NCBI GenBank assembly: GCA_043228905.1
Contig: JBHGNT010000471.1
Coordinates: 1-23,617, forward strand
DNA from: Azolla caroliniana
Taxonomy: Eukaryota > Plantae > Polypodiophyta
DNA length: 23,617 nucleotides
Direction: 5' to 3'
Positions 1 to 8,613 of the stretch are shown one piece after another; the stretch's first letter is position 1, and each line of letters starts with the position of its first letter. Both the position numbers and the translations under genes were made by a program. The notes beneath the pieces are model-generated. The model searched no databases. It was not told the origin of the DNA and saw nothing but the letters and a program-made list of their open reading frames with translations.

Positions 1-592
1 AATACTCGAATGATACTTTGATCCCCGTACATTTGTCAGATACTAGTTGCATATGTGACCCGAGGTAAGTGTCTTGCTCATCACCGGTCATCGAAAAATA
101 GTATCGCCTTAATTCTCGCAACTTTGATTTTCCAATCATAGACATACAACCACGGGCACAACATATTTTGTTGACATCAAATCCAATCTGTTTATCTGAT
201 GTCACCAAGCTAAATCTAGCCAGACGAATTCTTCGTGGGATTCTTCTAATATGCATAGGGCTCCCAGATTTCTCTTCCTGCATAGAGGTTGGTGTAACCT
301 TGTTACAGTCTAATTCAATGTTATTCAATGTTTCCTGGGCACTTCCTTCATTCCCGGTATCTTTATTAATATCGTATTCTTCAATAGAGAACTCTTCACA
401 TGTGTCATTATTTGCATTCCATGTAGATGAGCTCAGACAATATTCTTCTATAGAATATGGTGAGTCGGTCGAAAGACAATATTCTTCAATCGAATATGGT
501 GACTCTGTTGATAAACAATACTCTTCAGTAGAAAACGATGGGTCTGATGACAAACAATATTCTTCAATCGAGAACGGTGAATCTTCACTCAT
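1..592 (-). CDS. 5' part of a putative Sola/DUF7869-like DNA transposase; the ORF runs off the window edge
   Basis: Manual translation from ATG at 592 gives 197 codons with no stop: MSEDSPFSIEEYCLS...KICCARGCMSMIGKSKLRELRRYYFSMTGDEQDTYLGSHMQLVSDKCTGIKVSFEY. The CCxxxC...R..(Y/F)F....EQ..YL pattern resembles the N-terminal Cys-rich region of Sola-type/DUF7869 proteins (recognised by eye). It is absent from the ORF track because no stop codon lies in the window. Confidence 0.55.
   Translation of the reverse strand, partial: MSEDSPFSIEEYCLSSDPSFSTEEYCLSTESPYSIEEYCLSTDSPYSIEEYCLSSSTWNANNDTCEEFSIEEYDINKDTGNEGSAQETLNNIELDCNKVTPTSMQEEKSGSPMHIRRIPRRIRLARFSLVTSDKQIGFDVNKICCARGCMSMIGKSKLRELRRYYFSMTGDEQDTYLGSHMQLVSDKCTGIKVSFEY
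431..586 (-). repeat. Four tandem 39-bp coding repeats (13 aa, xxSPYSIEEYCLS)
   Basis: Units EDSPFSIEEYCLS, SDPSFSTEEYCLS, TESPYSIEEYCLS, TDSPYSIEEYCLS, plus a degenerate EEFSIEEY downstream. Confidence 0.9.
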
Positions 593-867
593 GGCTTAAG
601 GTCTAGATAGGGCTCTCTAAGTTATACTCCTCTCTAACCATATACTCCTCCCTAAACATAAACTTCTCTCTAAACAAAAGCCAAATCAATAGAATGTCTA
701 TATTATGTAATATTCTATTAAAATACAATACATCTAAAAATTATTTTTAATAAAGTAATTTAACTTAAATTATCAATCATTATATAAACTAGATCTAAAT
801 GATGTTAAATCAAGTAAAATATAAAACTGATCATTAACAAGCCTTGAATATGTTGGATTAATGTTAA

Positions 868-1060
868 AATCATTGGCTAATTAATGACACCCATTTTGAT
901 ATAGAACGTCTCACTCATTGATTCTTTAATGCTCACCATTTTAAATATTAGACTTATCAATCATTGGTTAATTCATGCCCACATCTTTAATACATAACTA
1001 TTGAGAGTCATAAAAAATTTTGCTTTTAGTAATCAATCATTGGTACATTCATGAACCTCT
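868..1060. promoter_or_regulatory. Three degenerate AATCATTGG-containing repeats (reverse CCAAT boxes) in the divergent intergenic region
   Basis: AATCATTGG at 868, 959 and 1035, followed by CTAATTAATG, TTAATTCATG and TACATTCATG respectively. Confidence 0.4.
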
Positions 1061-1265
1061 ATCATTGTCTCCTTAATAACCTTTGAAGTGATTGTAGGTT
1101 GTTATGAGTATAAAAGATTGATCAATATGTTAGTTTGACTTTGTAATCATTAATACAATCATAAGTTACTATAGTTAATGTGACTATGGTTACAAACTAA
1201 CTATCCTCAAAGTTACCAACATTGGTTAAGATGACTATGGTTACTTTAACCATGGGTTCAATCCC

Positions 1266-1298
1266 TATAAATAGGAAGACCTCATCATATTTCACTCA
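1266..1298 (+). promoter_or_regulatory. TATA box and initiator-like site for the ParB-methyltransferase gene
   Basis: TATAAATA at 1266-1273 and pyrimidine-rich TCACTCA at about 1292-1298, upstream of ACCATG at 1407. Confidence 0.6.
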
Positions 1299-1299
1299 C

Positions 1300-1362
1300 C
1301 AGAGCGTACAGAGCGTACAGAGCACTCAGAGCACACAGAGCACACAGAGCACTCAAGGCACA
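1300..1362 (+). repeat. 9-bp tandem repeat (CAGAGCRYW) x7 in the predicted 5' UTR
   Basis: cagagcgta cagagcgta cagagcact cagagcaca cagagcaca cagagcact caaggcaca. Confidence 0.9.
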
Positions 1363-1406
1363 AAGCACGAAAGCGCGATCTCCGCCTCCACACAACACGA
1401 TCAACC

Positions 1407-4400
1407 ATGTCTTCCAAGAGAGTCGAGCGCGAGGAGTCCAGGTAGGCCTCTGACACTGTGGACATTTTTGTAAATATGTTTCGTTTCCCAAGAACTCGAT
1501 ACGGCGTATCGAGTTCATGTATACAATACAAATATTTATACACGAACTCGATACGGCGTATCGAGTTCGTGTGTAAATATTTGTATTGTATACATGAACT
1601 CGATACGCCGTATCGAGTTCGTGTTTAAAGTATAGGTTTTAAACATGAACTCGATACGGCGTATCGAGTTCGTGTTCATAGTGTAGGTTTTAAACACGAA
1701 CTCGATACGCCGTATCGAGTTCCTGTTTAAAACTTACCTTTTAAACACAAACTCGATACGCCGTATCGAGTTCGTGTTTAAAGTATAGGTTTTAAACACG
1801 AACTGGATACGGCGTATCGAGTTCGTGTTTAATCGAGTTCGTGTTTAAAACCTATACTTTAAACACGAACTCGATACGCCGTATCGAGTTCGTGTTTAAA
1901 GTGTAGCCTTTGAGAGAGAAAAATCGTTTACGGGGTGGAAATGTTATCAAATTGTCTGTCAAAATCAGTCTTTTTATGTTGAGTTTACTTACTTCTAAAC
2001 AAATACATGCTCTAATTATAGGTGTTTTTTGACCTACTTTAGCTTAAAATAGTAGAAAATGATCTACAAATTGCATTCACTATGGCAAATTCTCATCAAT
2101 ATAGGTTTAGAATCTATATAAGTCATACCTACTATTTAAAAGAATATATAACCCGTTTTAGTTATTACGATATATATTTTCTAGGTTGAATAGCCCTGCC
2201 TAGAATAGATTTTTGAATATGTTACTGCTCCTAGAAACTGTTCTTCATTATAATAACAACTTCAATCTACGTAACTGTCTAACTTATGGCAAATGCATAT
2301 ACTTTCTTAAATAGGTCGTTTGAGAATCTGTCAGACCGACCCGTGAAGAAAATTAAGCTTCGCATACAAGGTTCTCCAATCGAAGCCCAGACCAAGGTAA
2401 CTCCGGAGACCATGAAGAGAGGAAAAAAGCTTCTCTTTAACGAAGAGACAAAATCTCAGCCCCATAGTGATGTAAGCCAAAAGAAAATTGTCGCCGCTAC
2501 TGGAGGCGAAGACCTTCCTGACCGAGATCTAACGGACAAGGAATGGTGTATGCAATATGTCGACTCAAAGAAAAAAGTCGTATTGTATACAGCAAAGAAG
2601 AAGGGTGAGGGGCAGCTAGGAAAAGAAACTCCATTTATGTATGGCCGAATTCTACGATTTGACTACGAAGATGCAGATTCGGCCAACATACTGGTAATGA
2701 TAGACTGCTCCAAGGGGGTACGCAAAGTGTTCCTTTCAGAAGATCTTTTAGTAAAGGAATCTTGTGGGCCTGAAGTGTTCAAAAAAGCACTTGATAACTC
2801 ACAAAACCTGATTGTTACCTTGAGGCCTTATATACAAGGCCATGTAACTCTACGAGATGAAGAGCCCTCCCACTTGAAGGCCACTAAAAAGGTATCCAAA
2901 GTCCAGTCAAGACCAGCCAAGAAGAAGACAACGAAAATGTCAGATACGGATTCGACAAGTGAAAATGAAGAAGAGGATAATAAAGGGACGCTAGGAGCCG
3001 AGCTGGCCTCGGGTGTTTTGTCATCCGAGCAGAATAAAATAAGAAGAGAGTTAATGCAACGGAAGCTGGTCAGGAAAGGGCAAGTATTTAATTTGCCTAT
3101 AACACACATCCATCGGCCCCCTATTGATGAAAAAACAGGTCGAAGACCACTTGAGATTAGAGAGCCTCATCGCATGCATGTTCAAAATCTCAAGAAAAAA
3201 ATGAAAATTAATCCTCATGCCACAGTGGTGCCTTTTATTGTTATGGTGGATCCTGAAGAATGTGAAACCATTGAAGATTTTGATATCAGAAAGCATGATC
3301 AATATAATTATTTTGTCATTGGTGGATCGCATTCAGCAGAGGCACGTCGACAACTTGTAAGAGAACATCCAACCACTTTCTTCTTCAAGTATGCCGAGTG
3401 CAAAATATATGTTGGGCTCACAACCGAAGAGGCTAAGCTGTTGGCATGGGACCATAATAATGATAATGACTATAGGCAGAAAATGTCGTCTATTGAGCGT
3501 ATCCGGTTCTTCCACCACGAGTATTTAGATGTGAAACAAAAGTTTGGTGTGAAGTTACATCCAGGCCTTCGACGTCAATGTCTGCATGAAGTCGGCATTG
3601 TGGTAGATGATAATGTTAGGTCCGATGGTCTTCGAAAGTATGAATCTTGGTTTCAATTGGCGTTTAGAGATGGAGAAGTATGGGACCTCCAAGATCAAAT
3701 CTTCTCAATGTGGGAGAATAAGGAGGTAAAGGGTCAACGACAAAAGAAATGTAGGGTTGACCCTCAACTAGAATTAAAGTCACAAGCCGCCAAGAAAATT
3801 GACTTGACAATTGAAGAAGCGGCAGACGACATGAAGCTGTCTCTATGGAGAGCGATGCAAGGTATTAAGGACGAGCAGCTTCTTGTGTCCGTTTTGTCAA
3901 GGGTTGTGGCGAAAGATTTAAGCCTTGAAGAAATGGTCACCGAGTTCAATAAGTAAGTCTTTCAAATACTGAAATTGTAGTCTATCTGGTGTAATTCAAA
4001 GTTCTAATCTTGATTTCTAATTTTACAGTCATAAGGTGTACATGAAGATCCAAGAAGTAATGATGAAACAACTTGGATGTATAACTTGGGAACAAGTGAC
4101 CGAGGATTATCCTCTAACGTCTTCGTATAAGGCGTTATCAGAGTATTTTATTGCATTCAAGGATTGGGTTAGTATTGATATTTTTTCATTACCCTTTCAT
4201 CATATGTAGAGGTTGTATAATAATACCTGATGTCCTATTGCTTCTATTAGAAACCGTGTCGAGGCAAGAAACAAGGAGAAGTTAAGGATATACACGATTT
4301 CCCTACATCCTTCCTTGCACATCTCGAGCGAGCCAGAAAAGAAAAGGATCGTCGCTTAGTCAAGGCGTACGAAATGGAGGAAGATGGCTCGTTTAAAAAA

Positions 4401-5538
4401 TTTAGCCACAAGAAAGATATTACGAGAGATCTTTACTACAATGTGGTTTGCGGTGATGTCATCGACTTGATCCAGAAGGTGCCAAAGAAGGAATATACGC
4501 TAATGATTGCGGATATTCCTTACGGATTTCGAATGGCTGGGTCATCATACGACGATGAACCGTTTAGGTTTAAACAATTGGAGAAGATGGTCAAGGATTT
4601 CGCTGAGCTAACGACCGCATCCTTGTGGCGAATAGTTGTCTTTCATAGTATGGACCAAGGGTACTCGGTAGCTCAAGCTTTGAGATCTCGTTGCCATGGC
4701 ATCGAGAACCTTGCATGGTAAGGATTATTTATAGGTGTCTTTCATTATATTGCAATTCTTAAGGTTGTTGAATCTATTTTTAACTCGATGAATTATTTTT
4801 TATAGGATCAAGACCAATGTAAATAGAGGGCCAACTTTTCGGTTCGTTAATGCCATTGAATACATAACGGTTGGCTACTTCGATGAAATTAAAAAACAGA
4901 GAATCAAAGAGCATTCTAATGAAGTGGGAGGTTCAAATCTGTTGGTATATCCAGCAGTGACTCGGAAATTGCGACATGTCACCACGATAGAACGGGGACT
5001 TGTCAACCCATACCAAAAACCTCAACGACTTATGATGCGCTTGATCGAGATGTTTTCTGTCGAAGGAGACTGGATATTAGATCTCTTTTCTGGCACAGGT
5101 ATTCCTCGAACTAGGGTAACGATCTTGAGATAACCAATCACTTTTATCGTTTGACAACTAAATCTTCTTGTTACTTACATCATAGGAACTACGTCAGCAT
5201 GTGCATTGAAGCTGTTTAGGAATACAGTTGCATTGGAGAAGGACGAGGACCAAGTTATATTTATTAATATGCGGATTAAGGCTTTGTGGGAGTGCCCAGA
5301 CCAGGATGAGGAGGTCGGTGCAAAGAACCTCGCCAATACAGAAAGGTTTCAACCCGCTTCGCGAGAGCCTATTCCTCCGTTAGCCGGCGAACCGGGAGAG
5401 CTAATAGAGCTTGATGATGAGCTTATAGAAGATATTTCGTTGGCCCGGCTAACAGGGGAAACCAATGCACGTATAGCCGAAGACAGTTCTACACAAGATG
5501 ATGAAGAAAATGACGTAGATGAATTGATTGCTATGTAA
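1407..5538 (+). CDS. ParB/Srx-like domain fused to a beta-class N6-adenine/N4-cytosine DNA methyltransferase, six exons, about 974 aa (alternative start 2286 gives 972 aa)
   Basis: Exons 1407-1441, 2315-3952, 4029-4167, 4251-4717, 4806-5098, 5186-5538. All introns are GT-AG and phase-compatible, giving 2925 nt with no stops. ParB-like stretch: LPITHIHRPP..IREP...VQNLKKKM...VPFIVMV...YFVIGGSHSAEARRQL...LTTEEAKLLAWDHN. MTase motifs in beta order: CGDVIDL..LMIADIPYG (motif IV), LAWIKTN..EYITVG, NPYQKPQRLMMRLIEMFS, ILDLFSGTGTT (motif I, SAM binding), RNTVALEKD. Exon 1 is less certain than exons 2-6. Confidence 0.88.
1492..1891. repeat. Array of eight 25-bp palindromes GAACTCGATACG-S-CGTATCGAGTTC plus one half site
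   Basis: Copies start at 1492, 1544, 1596, 1647, 1698, 1749, 1800 and 1867; half site at 1832-1840. Period is 51-52 bp. Copies 6 and 7 each carry one substitution. Confidence 0.97.
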
Positions 5539-5958
5539 TAGACTCTATAAAGAATATGACACTGACGATTTGTTAAGATTTCACATTATTAATACAAATT
5601 TTGGGTTTTACCTAGTGGATTCTATTCTTTATAATCATCTATATGTTTCAATTTTATTTTTATATACCTCATTAGTAGATTTATGATATTGGTTTCACCG
5701 CGTGCATAGCTGACTACCAAACTTATGGAGAAACATGAACTAGCTTAAATGGAGGCTGATTTTGGTCCAAGCTAACCTTAACAGAACATGGCCCTATAAT
5801 TATTGCCATGACTGTCCATGTTGTTATTATGGATCTTTGTCTTATATTGTTAAAACTATTATGTTTCTATTCCATTGCTGCTTAGTTTGTGTAGTGTGTT
5901 GATAATGGTTCCAGTTGCGTTATCGTTCGGAGTTTGATCTTGTGTGAATCACCTAAGC

Positions 5959-6217
5959 AATAGAGTAGATCAATTTTAAATACAGGTATGAAAGCCTAAT
6001 AGGTTTGTTATTTCCACGACATTATCCTAAAGTTCACTGCCTTACATTGTGCACAATTATATACACATATGGTTTGATCCCATATGAACAAACTGAGGAA
6101 TAGATTAGATCAACTTTTAATATAAGTATTGAATACTTTAATAAGTTAGTTATTCCAATCACTTATCCTAATGTGCACTATCCTACATTTTCGACAATTA
6201 CATACATGCACGTATGG
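5959..6217. repeat. Degenerate tandem duplication with a period of about 140 bp
   Basis: aatagagtagatcaatttt...ttatcctaaagttcact...caattatatacacatatgg (5959-6072) versus aatagattagatcaacttt...ttatcctaatgtgcact...caattacatacatgcacgtatgg (6099-6217). Confidence 0.7.
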
Positions 6218-6581
6218 GTCAAAGTATAAATTATATCTCATTTTATTAGTATGGATACAAGTACACCTCATAATTTTGTAAAACCTACCTAATTAATATA
6301 AGTCTTTAAGTTAGTGTTTCCCTTGTCGCACAATAGTGCCATATTGAGCCATAGTTGAACTTTATTTAGATACATTAACTTATCAACATGTCTAAACTTG
6401 CATGATTTCTAATGATCTCCACTCGTAGATCTATCATGTATTTTTATATTTGCAAATTCTTATCAAGTTGAGGAACATGTGATACTAGTGCATCCAATTA
6501 TTGTAGAGAGGGTGTATTTGCTTCGTTTTAAGAAGATTCTACAAGTGGAATGCGCAATCCTTCCACTTGTGAACGCGAACG

Positions 6582-7306
6582 TGTTGGACTTGAATCCTCA
6601 ACCTTGTATACCAAGCACCAAGCATACACCACTAAGCTAGGTTAGTTATTTTAGAATGCATTTTCATCATTATACTTATCCCATATCTATTTTCATACAT
6701 AGCCATCATTCATCACATGCAATGCATGTGCGCCAAATGGCAATCATGCATTACATGTAACTCATGCATTGCATGCATGCCATGCTCCCATACATTACCA
6801 TATGCATGGCAACACTTATATAAAGAGGGGCAAGGAAAACAAGAGGGATGAAGAGAGGGTGAGAAAATAATACAATCAAGTAAAGAAGACTAGCTCATTG
6901 GGTGGAGAACCTTTTGTTTCGAAGTTGAGGTCGTGGGTTCAAATCAAGGGTCGGTATTCAAAAGATTCATCTTGCGATCAAGGATTGTAAAATATTATAT
7001 TTTTAATATACATCATGTTTATATCATATACTCTTGTTCTTTGAATCATGCTTTGTCTCAATCTTCTTTCTAGAATCATACTTTGTCTCAATCTTCTTTC
7101 TTGAATCATACATTGTCTTTATCTTTTATCTATGATTGTCTCTCTCTCTCTCACACACACACACACATTATTCGTAACTCTTCGTCTTACTATCCTTAAC
7201 CATTCTATCATCACCATACAAGCCTTATTAAAAGTTAAGCTCCTTCAACTCCCCTTAACCTTAGTCCCTGCGACTTCGCCGCACGAACCACAACTACCCC
7301 AACACA
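6582..7306 (+). mobile_element. 5' LTR of a Ty3/gypsy-like retrotransposon
   Basis: Starts TGTTGG and ends CCAACA(CA) just before a PBS. TATATAAA at 6817, three 30-bp repeats at 7044-7132, (CT)n(CA)n at 7139-7166. The left boundary is inferred from the terminal inverted repeat only, since no second LTR is present. Confidence 0.65.
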
Positions 7307-7308
7307 TT

Positions 7309-7326
7309 TGGTGAACCCGACGTGAA
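7309..7326 (+). promoter_or_regulatory. Primer-binding site complementary to the 3' end of tRNA-Trp
   Basis: TGGTGAACCCGACGTGAA is the reverse complement of ...TTCACGTCGGGTTCACCA, the plant cytosolic tRNA-Trp 3' end as I recall it. It lies between the LTR end and gag. Confidence 0.8.
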
Positions 7327-7343
7327 GGCGGCGTCGAGGAGAA

Positions 7344-8432
7344 ATGGAGGAGCAAATGAGGCTTATGTGTACGATGATGGAACGAGTGATGCGGGAACAA
7401 GAGATGATGGCAAGCATCGACAAAGCCGTCGACGATATTCTCGCACAAGTAGGAATCTTCGAAGGTATAAATTTAACAAGATTTTTGAAGATTTATAATG
7501 AAGAAATGCTTAAATGCGGTGTTGACGAAGCTGCAAAAATTAATAGCTTTAGTCGAGTCGCTGCGATTGGGCTACAAGAAAGGATCCAAGAGCTACAGAG
7601 GGAACATCAGACATGGGTGACTTTCGAAAGAGCATTGCTAAATGAATACAACCTCAACGATATGTCAAGGATGACAAGGCGAGCCTTCATGGATTGGATA
7701 GAGTCTAATAAACATTTAAGTGTTTTGGAAGTATTAAAAGAGTTTTCTGAAAGATTTGAGCAACTAAATGTTAGAGATAGAAATATAATAGTGCTAGATA
7801 AAGTCATATTGTTTCTACAAGCTACTAATATTAAAGACAGGAAGGACTTGGGAATGCTTTTAGAAGATCAGAATAGTCCAAGTGGACTTACCGAAGACTG
7901 GGAGGAGGTGAAAAGGACGTGCGCCCATTTCTGCAAAAGAAAGTTATGGTTTATGGAGTTGCCCGACAGAAATGATGAAGAAACGGGGAATGAGTCGGGA
8001 GAAAAGAAAGTAGAAGAATCACTCTTACACGAATTGGTGAAAGGCATGAAAGACTTGTCGATCAAAGTGACGAAGCTAGAATCGGGACAAAGCTCGACTT
8101 CATCAAGGCAAGGAGGTGGAATGGTGCGAAGGTGTATGTGGTGTGATAGTATCGACCACCAGAAGAAAGATTTCCAAGAGCATAGGGATGCTCTTAATCA
8201 TAATAAAATCTACTATCAAGATGGCAAGATTCACTCGACAAAGACTCGACAACCACTTCAACTCAACTTCGGGCGAGGAGGAATGAAAAAGCTAATGGAA
8301 GATGCCAAGAGAGAAACGACTCAAGAGATACAATCCGTGGCAACCTTAGGATTGCGCGTAGAAGACTCATATGGTGGATTAGTTTCGACTAACCATCTCT
8401 CCACCACAATCTTCTTGACAGAACGGAGTTGA
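7344..8432 (+). mobile_element. Ty3/gypsy gag, truncated at about 8380
   Basis: GIFEGINLTRFLKIY capsid-like start and a degenerate zinc knuckle CMWCDSIDHQKKDF (last Cys replaced by Phe). It follows the PBS directly. No pol follows; the 3' end reads into unrelated copia leader. Confidence 0.8.
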
Positions 8433-8613
8433 ACGTTCGACCTATTGTGTCTGTCGGCAGGTTAACAAGTGGAATGTGTTCTCTGTGTACAAGCTTCCAC
8501 TGTAGACGACAAAGCGACAATTGAAGATCCTTTGTAGCGGCCGACAAAGCGAATTGGCACAGAGATAAGCCTTCGTCTTCCAAACAAGAACAGATAAGAA
8601 CATAGACAAAGGA

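Noticed and set aside
168-599. 143-aa plus-strand ORF
   Set aside because: Antisense shadow of the longer stop-free minus-strand ORF starting at 592.
1222-1543. Short ORFs with QST/ALC repeats
   Set aside because: By-products of the 9-bp tandem repeat in a probable 5' UTR.
1492-1891. CRISPR array
   Set aside because: Spacers are near-identical or inverted copies of each other, no cas genes are present, and the context is eukaryotic.
2286-5538. Bacterial or phage contamination, or four separate genes
   Set aside because: The ORF pieces join through four canonical 76-88 nt spliceosomal introns into one frame that restores split motifs.
6581-6950. Functional tRNA genes
   Set aside because: Only A/B-box-like parts are recognisable; no acceptor or anticodon stems.
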